In this document: positions 26,409 through 41,400 of the stretch, piece by piece
How positions within the stretch are numbered: position 1 is the stretch's first letter
Layout: each line of letters begins with the position of its first letter
DNA from: Catajapyx aquilonaris
Lineage: Eukaryota
NCBI GenBank assembly: GCA_000934665.2
Contig: KZ538578.1
Location: 1 to 63,335 of the forward strand
DNA length: 63,335 nucleotides
Direction of reading: 5' to 3'
Program-made: the position numbers and the translations under genes
Notes under the pieces: model-generated
Databases searched by the model: none
Seen by the model: only the letters and a program-made list of their open reading frames with translations
Told to the model about the DNA's origin: nothing

Positions 26409-29400
26409 ATGGAGAAACGTGACTCAAACCAACGTACTTCAACCCACTCCTCACGTGGTGCATCCCAACGTGAAAGAGGTTCCCAGCAACGCAGTACAAC
26501 ACGTCGAAGCAAGAGCATGAAGCAACAGGGGCCTTCCAAGCATGAAACTACCATCGTTTTTGAGAAGAGAGTCCTGGCAGTTCTGACTCTTTTGACTATG
26601 CTAGCTCTAATTCTGTGGATAGTGGCTGTCAGCACTAGTTACTGGTACATTGTGTCTCACGAAGGACTGTATTTGAACGAGACGCAGAGGATATTTACGA
26701 ACAGGCATGCCGGACTGTGGACTGTCTGTCGTTCTTCGCTTACTAACGATACACGGGAAGAAGTATGTAAGTATACCACCATTTTTTGTCCTTTGTTGTT
26801 GAGTTTGGTCGCACTATTTTGGACGTAACGTCAAATGATCTCCATATTTGGTCTGTCCAAATTAAAAGGTACTGTGTCAGAGTTACGGCGACCCGACCAT
26901 AAAGGCCCCGCGCCAATGTATCTCATCATCCACAATTATTCAAAAGCTAATCAAGAACAAGAATTTACATTTACTGTCCTCACAAAAGGAACTCCAATCA
27001 AACGATTAATAGAATTTACGTTAGAGAAATTACATTTATATTTTAAAATGAAGCTGAGCCAAATAAGATCAGAAAAGCTGATAGTTCACAACAGTTGAAT
27101 TTTAATGTACATTTAATGCAAGTGTTTCAATTAAAAAGGTTCAATTAAAAGGTACTATAGGCAGAAAAAATGTTATTCCTCAGCTCTTCTTGGCCTATAG
27201 TATACGTATTTCTAGGAACATTATAGTACTACTGTTACCATCACAACTATAGGTTCAGATGATTAGGACATGTCAAAATCGTTTTGCGTATGCCACCTAT
27301 ACCTGATTTTGTATTCTTTTGTAGCAGACTAGAGTATGGGACCATTGGGACGTACCCGTATATCAGTTCTATTTTTCTGGAGCGCAAAATGTAATAGAAC
27401 AAACATTATTGTAATATTGTATACCCTACCTAGGAATATTTACGGAGGTTTAAAAGGACCTGCCTCTTTTATTATATTTATCTTCCGGATATTCCAGTTA
27501 ACCTTTCATGAAGGACATTCTCACTGATACAAAAACAACGAAAATAGGTTACTTTGGGCAAAATCCAAGGGTGTATTTTATGCTTCTTCTTCCTACGCAT
27601 CCCATGTTACATATGCCTGGTATAGGGAATTAATACTGTCGTGTATATGCAGCATACCTCATACTTTGTAAATGACAATATTTTCCTTACGTGACGTAAC
27701 TCTCCATAATTATATGGATTTGTGTCGTTGTGGTCCTCCATAATACACAGTCTAGGTTGTTTATAATGACTGAAAAATGTATTAATGAGAATAATACTAA
27801 AATAATCGATGTTGAAATTAAATTAAATTAAATTTTAAATGTCTAGGACATATGCAAAATATCAGCTTACAATATTGGATTTTTGCCATGAGAATGAGCC
27901 TTTAATTGCATGATTAGAAATAGGCCGAGATTCAGTTTCTTGAAAGATATTCGGTAGATATGAAACATCCACTGTACAAAATAATGGTAGCGGACAACTC
28001 GAACCAAGTCCTTGCAGACCATTTAAAAATAATGAGCTGAGGAATATTCAGGATGTCGCCAATATTTCTGGTCTAAACACTGTAAGTGCATTCATGTGTC
28101 ACGACTAATAAATGAAGAAAACCATTAAGCACACGGTATACACAAGAGGATCACACTTGCGAAAGACTCCTATAACTCACGTCTATTGGTCCTTCCGCAT
28201 CAAGTAGGCTTACACCAGCCACACCGGGTCGGCTGGATGCATGTCAGAGATAGGAAATTGCTTGAGCTTCTAACTTATTGGGCGGTAGAGCTATGAGTAA
28301 AAGCGCCTTTGGTGTTTCGCCAGCGGCTATGCCAACAGCACAAAGGCTCACCACTTGGGAATAAGCTAATAAAGCACGCATGGCAAAAGGAATTCCTCAG
28401 TCAATAACAAGCCCGGCAGGGTATTTTAATCACACGTTGTCTATCAGTACTTTAGTGGAGTGTGTATTTGATGTTTATTAGGTTATATCAAATTTTGGGA
28501 GGCTATGACGAACCCTCTGTGTCTTTTGTGTGTTTAAAAACATCGCCTAGTGCACTATAGAATGCGACAATATGTAGATAATTTTCAGTCAGAGTCTATT
28601 ATGACCGGAAGCTCATCATGCTAATAGTAGACAGAAGTACTGTATACACTACATAATAGAATAGCAATATTAGTGAGCAGGGACGTAAATGATCGAATGA
28701 AAAAGGAAATGAGCACCCAAGGAGCAGCTTTCTTTCCTGGCTGTATGTTTTTGAACGTACTGTATGCGCTTTGCACATTCCCCAAGTCTATACAGTATAC
28801 TGGCATAAGTGATTTCTGAAGGTGTACATATTACGTGACTGTTCTTTTCGGTATTCTAGTTCAGATTCTTGAAGACCAGGCTTAACGTCAGCCGGGAAAG
28901 AGTAACCCTTACTGGCGTTCGGGAGGCGGGAGGGTCAGTGGTGGCTGGGGGCCGCTTGGCTATGTCGCAAACGGTCGCAAAGGCAGGGATGCAAAGATTG
29001 ATTTTTTGGATTTTGGAAGGGGTATGCTATACCAACCAAACCAAACCAAGCCTAACCTTCCTTCCTTGCGGATACAGACCTATTTTTGCGACACAGCCCG
29101 CTGCCCCCACCGACTACTACCCTCCCGCCTCCCGCACGCCAGTAAGGTCAAGTCCATCCTCCTGCCGCTAGGCTCAACACCGACGCCAGGGGGTGGTCAT
29201 CCAGGAAATTTGGCCACTCTGGGGATCTTTAACGTGCATTCGCGCAATGTCACAAGCACACGGGACCGACGACTTTACTTCCCCTCCGAAGGAAGGCGCA
29301 CTCTCACTTTTCTACCACCCGGATAAACCGACCTCGGCCGGGTTTGAACCCACAACTTTGGGACTAGAGGCGAGCGCGCTAACCACCAGACCACCAGCGC

Positions 29401-32400
29401 CGCGCCGCGCCGGCTGAAGACCAGGCTGTAGAAACTGAGCACATCCTGAACAACCTACACCAGTATAAAAATGGTTCAGGGTTGTAGCCGTTGTAGGCCC
29501 TACTTTATTAAAAAAAAGCGTAATTTTATACCTGTAGGAACATGTTTCTGAAACAATCGCAGACAAAATGGCAACCATTCTTAAATGATATGAAAAGACC
29601 TCAGATTTTACTATGACCTTAACTTAACTATCTTTTGTCACATCTGGTTTCGGTTTCGGTTTCGGTTTTGGAAATACGCCAGGTTTTGTTGTGAGACTTC
29701 TTAGGTATGTGGCGCGAACGTTGAAGGAGAAGCGTTACAGCGGGGAAAGGACAGTTGGGTCTGCCGTACATACCGCAGGTTTTAGCCCCCCTCCCCTCCC
29801 CCCCACCTTTCGCCGAACTTTCAATTTGAGAGCAAAATACTCGACTGACATGAGTTCTTGGCGGAAAATTTCTGGCCCCTAGCCCCAACTCATCAGCCCC
29901 CGCGGTTCGTTACCCCATTTTGCAAGGGTACTTTTGCAGTTTTGGGTCAGCAGGCCCCGGCAAATTAAATTTCCGGGTTGGGAGGGGGAGGGAAAAGTCA
30001 CATTAAACGTAGGCTAATTTTAGTGTGAGGGGGTCGGGGCATTGCTATGTACCTGGAGGGGGGTGGGGGTAAGGAGGTGTCAAATATAGATAAATCTCGT
30101 TCATTTATAGGCTTCGTGATGTGGATTACTTATGCAGGAGTAAAAATATCACAGTGCAGTGAGAATAGAGATGGAGGCGGTTTGATGCATGACAAAGGTG
30201 GATGTCTTTGCCAAAACGTTTGGGGACGTATGAATTAAGCCATTATGCTCAGACTAAGTAATTCAAATAGCTTGAGTCAATTAGAGTTAATTAGACTCTT
30301 GCTTGAGTGAATCATGTACTACTTGTCTAAAAGTGTTGGACAATATCCTGGTACTGTGCAACCGTCGCTCAAGAATGGTGCAAAATAACCATAACCTCGT
30401 TAGAGGATGTATAAAGCTATATAATGAATTTGTTTTGAGCTCTTTTGGCATGTGCATTCTGTCCAATCTGTCAGGTAGGCTAAACACAACTATCCTGCCA
30501 AGATTAAGCTAATATGCAACAAACTTAGTTAGTTCCATCAACTTATGTAAAGTTGTTAACGTCCTACTGCACTTCATTGCTAACTGATGACCAAACACTC
30601 CATAACTGCGAAGAACATGCCTTTATAACCATACCTTTATATACTTCCGGATTGGATGAAATCTGACCTTATTTAAAACTGTTGTTTCCTACACTATGAT
30701 GATTTTAAAAGCTAGGATGATGTCACATTTGTTGTCATTATTATGGTGACTGCCTATTATGCGATTCACGAGTCCTGGCCTGTTAGGCTCCTCCCCCGTC
30801 CTCCGCCCTCTGAAGGCGAGGTTGCCACATCCGCGTCCGCCATGGCCTCACACGCCTGCCAGGAGGATGGGGGAGAGCACTTGGCAGTAGTGGATCGCAT
30901 TGGGGGGNGGGGGGGGGGGACAACCAGGCCTGGAAATACGACGAACCACCTATCCCTTGTTGAGACCGAACCCCACACCAATGGCTCCTACTCGCGAGAA
31001 TCACGAGCATTCTAGGGCTGATTTCTTCCGCCGCTGACGTTGGGAGGAGGTGGGTGGAGCCTAACAGGCCAGGACTCGTGAATCGCATAGTATAAACATG
31101 ACAACAATCGTGATGTCATTTCAACCCTTAAAAATCAAAGTACCTTAGGTAACCTACATATACAGAATAACCTTATGTTGGCTGAATAAATTACTTTCCA
31201 CAGCCACAATTATTTTGATCCAATGATTTTGTATAATACAGAAAGCAGTGTGTTCCACGTAAAATTAAAAGTATTAATCTGCCAATACAGTATTAGTCGG
31301 AATAGAATCATCTAGCCAAGCTCTAAGTTGCATTAAATTTCATATTGCGGGAATGTCCCGATGGAACAATGTCCTGTCGAATGTCAGTGATTTAGCAATT
31401 TTTTACGCGGGCCAGAGTCCTTTTCAGCTGCGTTAAAAAGGTTGGGTCCAAGCGACTTAATATTAACAACAAATATTTTTGATAACCACTATTAAAAGGC
31501 AACTATTTAAAAGTTACCGTACTGCTTAAAATAAGCAGCTCAGCGCTATAACAACTCTGACTAATGCGGACATTTCAGTTGAAACCACATCTACCACATT
31601 TACATCAAAAATAATATTATTAAGTTAGAATGTACCTGGCCCAAAGAAGGCCATCTTAAGGATCAAAAATGTCTTGTCAAAGTCCTGTTGAACAGGACTT
31701 TGACAAGACATTTTTGGAGTCCCGTGAAAAACATTTCCTACCAACTGAGGATAATAAAAAATGACCTTCAGCAGCTGACATAGATTACCTCAAAAGGGAT
31801 GCTTGGCAAAGGTTACACCCAACATGCTGGACTGATTTATGTTATAGCATGTTTTTTACGAACTACCTATGGTGCCTAATATTGAAATTTATTGAAAAAA
31901 CTGACACTGAGAAAAAAATCCGCCACTTTCCATTCGCAGTTATGTAATTCAGATAAAAGATAAGATTGTTTTTTAAATGCAATTTTTGTTTTGTTTTGTG
32001 CAGTAATCATCTGGACACCAAAAATACAGCATAAGATAATGCATGTTCGGACTCCATCATAGGTCATCTGCCTATACTAGCTGGACCTGGTCTCACTGGC
32101 CTAGTTCACATTATCTCAATAATATTGCTATAGTGCCAGATTGCAGTGACTCACAGAACCACCACTAGCACTCCCTGGTCTAAATCAGTCTGGTTCTTTA
32201 TTTAAAGAAGGCTCAGTGGAAAAGTTCACAAGCCAACCTTTGAAGTGATAGACAGGTTTTCCGATGAGTATTACTATATACTTTAAAAAGTATGTTCTTT
32301 CTGGCTTAGGGCATTTCTCCTCAACAGTGCCATGACTGCCAATTGATGTTTCAATTTGTTTTTCTCGCAAATCTGACGAAACACTCATGGAGTATTTTAT

Positions 32401-35400
32401 GACGTGTTAGAACTTATTTAAAAAAATGAAGAATGTCGCATGGGAAAAGTCAGAGATCAATGATTGACTTTGCCCTTTGACCCTGTGTTTATTGTCTGAA
32501 AATTTCCTTATTGCGAAATGTAAATCCCTGTACTATTTTGTACGGGTTGCAGTAACGGAGATAGATGGCCAGGTGTGGATAGTTGCGTTCGCAATTGTTA
32601 CAAACAAACCTGATGGAACTCGCACTCCAGTAGAAGTACTCTATGTCCACATTTTGAAGAAAATCAGTTATGTCCTTCACTGGGTAGCTCAGTGTGCGAC
32701 GCATCCACCGAGTAGAAGAATGATAAAATTTGGATAAAAAATGGCGACGTAGTGTTAAAATTTACATCAATTGTGATAGCTTTTATCTTACAAAATGTGA
32801 TCTTCTTTTGGCTCTCCTGTAAAATTACTTGTTTGTGACATACAATACTTCTACTGGTGGAGTGCGTAACTAGTATCCAGTTTTCATTAGGTAAGCTATG
32901 TTGTGACTTGCGGGTCACATTACAGCAACGTTTTGGCAGCTCTTCGAGCATGCAAATCAAACTATTGCCCTCTTTTTTATCTGATTTGTAGCCTATGTCC
33001 TCCAGAGCAGGTTGAAACGACATGTTTACGTGATAAATAAATGTTTACGAGGAACGTGCTCCTAAGTCCAAGGCAAGCCAGAGGAATGATCATAAATTCG
33101 CAGTCTGCCGGAATGGCTCTCATACAAGGATTCCTGAGCAACCTAAAATTATGCTTGCGAAATATACAGTACAGTAGTCTACTATGATTATGATTTGTCA
33201 TCAGAATTGTGCTAATGGTGACCTTTTTTTTCTTTTTGTGTGTTGGGTGTTCCTCCATCACTTCACAAGTTCACACTCCGTGAATCATCAGGGCTGAGAA
33301 GCTACAAAAATTTGGCGAGCATTCCATCTGTCACGACTCCACTAGATAAAGGCATATCATAGTCAAGAAAGAGAAAAATAGTATCACCGAACTGCGGCCA
33401 ATCTGATTAGAGGTCGCAAGTGGAGGATGAACGTATGACATTCTATATAAACAACCAGTAGGCCGATTCTAGGCCAGAAATCTCAACGAGAAAGACATTG
33501 TCGAGGACCTCCCTGTATTCTTTGTTCATGCCAACAATACGGGTTCATACACACACTTTTTATAGCGCACAGTATGAAGGTAATTTACAGACATAGGATG
33601 TATATAATGAGCGTATACAGCGATTTTGGCAAGTATAGGTTACATCATTGCTACACTCAGTCGACAGGGTGGTGATAACCAGAACGCGATTGTGGTGACC
33701 ATTTCCTATTAATTAATGCCTGCAATTGTGTTCGCTATTGTTAGGTTTACCACTATGTCAGCATTACTCTATACTCTGTGTGCTCACTGATTTACTGTTA
33801 ATCGTTCAAACATATGATTGCATGTTTGTTTATGCGCTTTTAGACCTTTATAAATTATTGCTTTATGAAAATTATAGATACGACTATGGATAACCTAGTG
33901 TGACGATATCTAATACGATTAATTATATTAGAAATTAGAAATAACATTATTGTGTTCAGTTACCAAAAGAGGTTGGTATATTGCGAACATTGACTAACAC
34001 ATGCAGCAATGAAAATTGTCAAAAAACCTTTATAACAACATTATTAATAAGGCTATTTACAACCAAATACCCTAAGCATATTATCGTAAACTACATAATT
34101 ACTCGTAAATAATATCTCAATATTGATTAGTACTGTTAAATGTCACCAAATGACTACGACTAGAAGTGTAGCTTAAAGCAAGCTCTTTGTTTTGGAGATA
34201 ATACTTTCTTATTTTTACAGTAAATAGTAGCCTGCACTTTTTTTTCTTCAGTTTTGTTTGTTCGATAAAAGTAAAAGATGCGTGTGATGCAGGAGAAATG
34301 ATACACCTACGCCATTGAGAAACCTGGAGTGATTGCACAATACTACTATAATAAATCTGGCAATCACTTACGGCGAGGCGGAAAAATAGACATCATAGGA
34401 CACCTTGCCTATGCCAAGATAATCAAAATTGAGTATTTATATGTAGCATACTAGAATTCCCCTAATATTAGGATAACTCAAAAATCCGCAAACACGAATA
34501 TTTTAAAACAATAAACAATGAAAATATGAATAAGAAATAATAATAGTGTCTTGTGTCTGACTAAAAGACTGCAGCACATGCACATTTCAAAGCTACCGAA
34601 CTGTGATGTATTTTTCTTTGTGTTTATTTCCGTCATAATATTATCTGAAGCAACTTCCGTTGGCAAAGCTTCAAAGTCGCTTGTCATTGATTATTGTGAC
34701 ATACTGCAAGTGGCAAAACTGGGCTTTCACAACTCTACTAGTCTACAGTATTGTAAACTTATACATATATAGGCTACCTGTGATGACTTCATGGCTGTGT
34801 TATTAACTTATTGAAACTTGTATGCAGATGAGGGCTCAGTTTCGTGAAAATTTTCCGTAATCGTAGCCAAGTTTCCGTTATATCGGACAACAATTCAAGA
34901 AAAATCGCATCTAGATGCTGGGATACATTTGACTCATGCTATGCCAACATCCCCTTAAACACCGTCTTTCATTCGGAGCACTGAACCTGGCTTTGGAATT
35001 TCGCCCTCACCCTCTGTGAATCTGCAGAAGGGCAATGTAACCCTCCTCCGCTACGATGACTGACATAGGAAACAACCGCCAACACTACCATCTGTAACCA
35101 CATGCATGTACCCTTTTGACCCTAATTAAACCTTGCAACAATACTGTATACACAACTCAAGCTTCATTTATACTATGATTGTCCTTTTGAAAATCAATTT
35201 GAAAATAATTTTGACGTAGAATCCTACATGTTTAATGTGTCTCGATTGAAAAGGAGAATAATTATATTGTGTTATGGCCTACCATACCACGTAGACGTAT
35301 CCTTGTGGGGCGGATAGGAATGTCCTCCTGGACTGAGAGGTTATTGCTGCATATCGGGACCCCACAGATATATTTTTATCAAACCGATTTTAAACTGCGG

Positions 35401-38400
35401 CACGGGAAGCACATACAGCCCCCTCAGTTAGGAGCATCGATGAGAACACGTTGGTCAGGCTATTATTAGCAGATTTTTTTACTAGTTCTGAGAACACGCC
35501 TCTCACCTCACTCATCACTATGAATGTGTAGTGAAGCATGCTCCAAAACTATGTAACATGAAATTTTCTAGCTTACTTGGAAAGCTCACCATCACAGCTC
35601 CAGTGTGAGTCTGTAGAAAATGCAAAAGTGACTCATAGTTCAAAAATATTCACATCCCCCCCCGCCCCGGCTTTGTCACAGGTCTTCTATAGGTGCTTTC
35701 AGGTGTTTGAAAACTTCTCATGAGGGCACGAGATTGTGCAGGATCACAGACATGCCTAGTTCCAATGCCAAAGGGCTTCATCTTTCTACCAGGTCGAGGC
35801 TATTCTCACTACAGTTGTCACTGCAGCAGGCAACATTTTGTGCCCTGGGCATGCAGGTGTTGGGCATAGTACAAATTCCACGGCGTTGGCAGCGTATCAT
35901 GGACACCGGGCATGACTACTGCAAGAGCTGCACATGTGTTATCCTCAATATTACTAAACAAAAAGAAATTAAAATTAAAGCGATGTTTTCTGGCTCGTTG
36001 TGTCACTTCCTCCAGTAGGCCTACCGTGGTTGAATTCCCATACTCTAAACGCTATAATACTCACTATATACTCCACTACGCACAGAAAAATGGCCGCGTC
36101 AGGTGACACGCTATGGTAGTCAGGTGACGATATCCAGTTTGACTCGCCAAGCAGAGTCAGTTCACTCTCCAAACAAGTCGCCTGACACCTCAGGGGGGTC
36201 AAAGGACCACCCCTCCCCGAACTGCTCTGACTATCCTGGCGGGTCCACTGATGACCCTGGGGAGTCCCTAGACCATCCTGGCGAGTCAAAGGACACCCCA
36301 GAGGAGTCAAATTACTCACCAGGGTCATCAGTGGACCCGCCAGGATAGTCAGAGCAGTTCGAGGAGGGGTGGTCCTTTGACCCCCTGAGGTGTCAGGCGA
36401 CTTGTTTGAAGAGTGAACTAGCTGACTCTGCTTGGCGAGTCAAACTGGGTATCGTCACCTGACTACCATAGCGTGTCACCTGACGCGGCCATTTTTCTGT
36501 GTGTACTCATGACACGACATACCTTTCATACTTCCATAAAATAAATGACATTTGTAGACTCTATTGATATCTTTCAACAATTAAGTATTTTTAGTCAAAA
36601 TGATTGAGTGGAGTAGTTAGAGTAGTTAGTGGCAGTCACAGCGGAGGTATACTGACAACCGTGACTACATTTTCTGAGTTGACGAGAGCCCGCAATTCAT
36701 TTCTGTCAGGGTCTATTTGCAAAATGTTGAGCACATGTCTAAACGGGTGGTCTCTCCCGCACACCAGGCTCCTCCGGGTACGTGCCAAATGCAGCCTTGG
36801 ACCATTTCCAGTGGATCGCCTGGTATTTCAGCCTCCTCACCCACTTATTGTAGGCGTTGTGGAAAACTGACCCAATTATCATTTTTTAAACACAATGATG
36901 ATTTCATCGCATGGGGCATCAAATGATGTGCCATATGTGTAAATGATGAAGTCAAAAATTACTGACAGCGTAGTACCAAAAACTGATGTCTCAATAACTC
37001 GGTTATGTTTTGAGGGGTGTGGTGGAAAACAGTCATGATAACCCACAAAAGTGGAATTTTTCAGGAGAGCGAATAATATATTGTGCTGTCAGGCACAGTT
37101 TTTGAGATATTACATCGTTTTAAAGTTTGGAACGGTTTACTACTGTGCTCTTTCCGAATCAAGTGGGCCTAAATGTTGCTAGACCGTCTCGGAGCTTGGT
37201 GAAAATAATCACAGATGTACTCATCACCTATTCCTTAATGCTACTTATATAAAGTTTCAGCCATATTGCGCAATACCATGAGGGAAACAATCGCAAAAAT
37301 CTGAAAATGGCTGAAAATGAGGGTATTTTTGAAGATTTCTTTTCGGTTAGTACCTTCAACTAGATGTTACTATTTAGTGTTTTTTTCGTTATGCATTTGC
37401 ACTATTGTCATAGCTAAAGCCATGTTCATTAGTAGCCTACTCCATGTAGCAATAATAAACTTCTTTCTGTGAGTTGTTTGCCTTGATGCAATGTTAAACA
37501 TAATTATATCTAGCTGCCTTTGCTTAGAACGCGGATTTTTGGAACCACTTTACACCCTGTTTTATGGGGCTACGCGTGCCGCACCATCTTTTGGTACTTG
37601 GTAGCTAGGGCATCGTGGAGAACCCAATGGCACTTCAAACAAGTTTTTTTCCCCCTCTGTTGGATCTAGACATTCTAGACTTTTTCGAAGAAAAAAGTCT
37701 TATAGAACGACTCTGTCTGTCTGTCTGTCTGTCTGTGGACAGGTATCAGACAGACAGACAGAGCCGTGCTATAAGACTTTCTTCGAGCCCCCTGGCTGCC
37801 CCCTCCCCCACCACCCCCTACCCCTGACTGCCCATTCTCCCCGGACCGTCCCTTTCCGTCTGTCCCCCCACCGCCCCCTCCCCCAGGACCCTTTCCCCCC
37901 TCCCAGTCCCGTGACTGACGTTGGAAACAATAGCAGTAAACATGAAAAAGTCGACTCTAATCACGCTCGCGTGATTTGCCAATCTTGTTTTTACTGTGCG
38001 TCTTCAACAATTAGAGGGCATATAGCGGTCAGATAGGGCAGGACCTACTTCAATGGAGGCTAGACACTTGTTGGTTATCGCACCCTGGTGGGCTTTCTCC
38101 TCGCGGTGACTCATCACCAACGTGTATGTAGTACTACTGCCCCCTGAGAGCGGCAGCAGTGTGCAGAGGGAGATTCTATGCGCCAACTGGTAGTGGCATA
38201 TCGTACTGAGTCTAAATGGGGGAGAGGGTGGGGCAGGCAGTGTTGCCAAAATTTGGCAACGGGTTCCTATAGTTAATAGATGTTTTAATATCTCCCGCTG
38301 CAGATCAATCTCGAAAAAATATCGCAAATAGGCTATTAGTGTTCTTTTTCGTGAAAATTGTCCAGTTATTTTACATCGACACTATTAAAAAGAGTGTAAT

Positions 38401-41400
38401 ATTCATATACTGTGCCTGGGTATATCAGCACTACATAAGAAGGGATTAGACCTAGAAAACTTAAAGGGACACTCCACTCAAAATACAAGTTGGGTTCTAA
38501 AAATCGGGCAAAAAATCCTGATTCCGAGGGTATAAGCAGTTTTTCTTAGAGACGAACGGTAAGGCCAGTGTGAAAGCTGGAAGTGTGTTGTTCGAAAACC
38601 GCGCGCGGGGCAGGTGGCGCAGGTGGCGACGCCACCAGAGTGGAACCGGGCGGAACTAGACCAGGCGTGCCTGGCGCGGCAGTTGTCACTGTGCGCGCGC
38701 TATACTTCTCCGGTTTGCCGCGGGATGCTGTTGTATCGCCCTTCTTAGCAGACGACGTGTGTAGATATATGATTTTCCGTGTTACCGTTGGGCGTAGAAA
38801 AAAACCGATTGCACATTCGGAATCAGGGTTTTTTTTCCCGATTTTTGGGGGCCAACTTGTATTTTGAGTGGAGTGTCCCTTTAAGACATAAAACACTCCT
38901 TCCCCGTAGGTACTAAAGAGTCAAAACATGCTGTTGACCATAAAACTGTTCGAGATCTATTCCTCTAACTATCTGAGAGCTACCCAAGTGCTTAGCCCCC
39001 ATGTAAAAATATCGCTAAGTGGTATTTAGCCCTGTTTATGGAGCGGCGTTCTTCTTGATGCTGAGTAACCATTTCAATATCAAGTAGTTCCGCTCGTGAA
39101 ACAGTCGTCTTTAATCTGCTCAAGTCTTATTCTTGTAATATTTTTGTAGACCAAGGTAACATCCTCGAGGTCGCCCAAATGGGCATAAGAATGACTCGAA
39201 AAGGGAGGAAATGTGGAAAAGGTGACAACAAAGACGCTATAGATATAACACATAGTGTAGAGCAACCGAGAGGATGTCACGTCAAATATTAATTATTCTA
39301 CGCCTTGTAAGAATCTTATCTGACATTGTGAGCTGGCACAGCCTCAAAGCTTGACAAAACTTGGGCGTCTTACAAGAGCATTCCACACCCCACTACTGCA
39401 CATGCTTCACTAATTATATGTTAGGTCTACTAGCACAGATACTAATATAACATTCCGAGACACATTGCCACCGGCGAATAGTCTAAGGGACCGCCTCTGC
39501 TTGGCACCAGGAGACCAAAAAACTGTGTTAGCATACTCTCACCCCGTAATCATCAACTACGGAAATTTAAACGGTTAAGTGGAGCAAGGAATCACCTGAA
39601 CGAGAAAGCAGAACTTGATGACAGGCTAAATAATGGCCCTGTTATAGCTAAGTTCCAAGAGAAATAGCTGCTATCATTTTTAGTCATTGGAGAGTCTCTG
39701 AGAGCAGTTATAGTTACACTTCTTCCACTTTGTGAAACATGACTGTAATTATGAATTTTGCTTTTCAGACAAATGTCGCCGCCACCTGCTCTTTCCGACG
39801 CCTGATCAAATTGACAAGGACCCTTCCATCGATGGTGGTGTAGTTGGTAAGTAGGCCTACCGCAGGGGGCGGGGGGGGGGGGTCTAACCTAACCTAACAG
39901 CAAATAATATATTACATTCACTATATACCGATAGATGAAACTGACATTCCTTATATCTAATAATCATTTTTGCTTGTCATATAGACTACTTCATCGTTTA
40001 GCATATTTTTGTGGCATATTGAAGGTCTTTTATTTCTATATTGGAATTTTTTAGCACTTTTGAATGAATTTTAATAAACTGAATTAGCATTCACATTACC
40101 ACACTATACTCTTTTTACAACCTGCTAAAGTAAAGTACGGTATACGTGACTGATACTAATGAACACGATTGGAAATAATGATTTTTTCAATTCAAATTTC
40201 AATGACATTTTGGAAAGGAAAGGAAAATATGCAATAAAGGTGTCAAATGGAGCAAGGACATATATAACAGCCCCATGCATTAGCTCGATAATATTTATTC
40301 TATCTCTGAGACACAAGTGTTTTAATGTACTGTATGTATACTCGGAGGTACTTGAGCCTACTCTTTATGGCTTTAGTGAATGTATGGCACATTTACGCCA
40401 CAGAGAAGTGGTGCCACTACACTTTATCAGCTCACGTACAGTATATATTGGCTAATGTTATTGCCTTCATGCACTTCGTAACTGTAAATATTCCCTGTAC
40501 AACTATTATCTTGAAATTCCGACCTCCATTGAATGAAAGCACGCGTATTCTGTCCGAAAAATGCGAATACGGTAATTTTATATCCTACCTGAATGTTCTT
40601 CATATTAGCCATGGCCAATTTTCATGAAGTTTCAGCCTCTGGTACATACAAGAAGTGAGTGATTCTCACTATCCATTACGCATTAGACATTACAGTAATG
40701 TCAGCTGATGCTATGATGACATAACATCCCATGGCATCAGCCGACTTGACTCTGTAGTATAGAACTCCTGTAATGTCTAATAGCCTACGTAATGGACAGT
40801 GAGAATTACTCAGTCTTTGTTAATTACAAATTCTCATCATAGTGAAACTTTTAAAATGCCATATTGCTTAAAAAGATAAAAAAAAATAACGATAGACCTT
40901 TCTTTCTTTCAGATTATATGCGCACTCAAGTGTGTACCGCACTGATCAGCACATTCTTAATGGTAATGGCCATATGTTCATCACTTTACACTTTTGCAAA
41001 TCCACGCTATATGTATAAAAGATTAGCAGCTGGTTTGCACTTCTTTGCATGTAAGTACCGTTAGTAATATATTGATGCTAATTATTTTAGTAGAAGAGTG
41101 CATTAACTACCCCGAATCAGTATAGTAACGGTACAGAAATTCATCCTTGCCGCATGGTATTAGAAAATTTGAAGTAATCCACGTTGCACCACTGATGATA
41201 CAGTAAATTGCTTGACAATACTAGATCTGTATTGTTCGGTGTTGGCAACAGTCAATAGCAATTTACATTCAGCTGTGCAACTCAGCTGTAATTAGTAAAA
41301 TACTGTACTGCATACTCAAAATGTAAATGAAAATTTGGGGTTTTCGATGTCAGGAAGCTTATAACAATCATAAGTCAATTTTGGCCACTTCGGAATATTT

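Noticed and set aside
32400..33300. Overlapping ORFs that might be a decayed transposase or reverse transcriptase
   Set aside because: I could not recognise a motif. A translated database search would be needed.
36103..36348. ORF with repeated (D/H)PG(E/G)S motifs
   Set aside because: It lies wholly inside a fold-back MITE and reflects its subterminal repeats.
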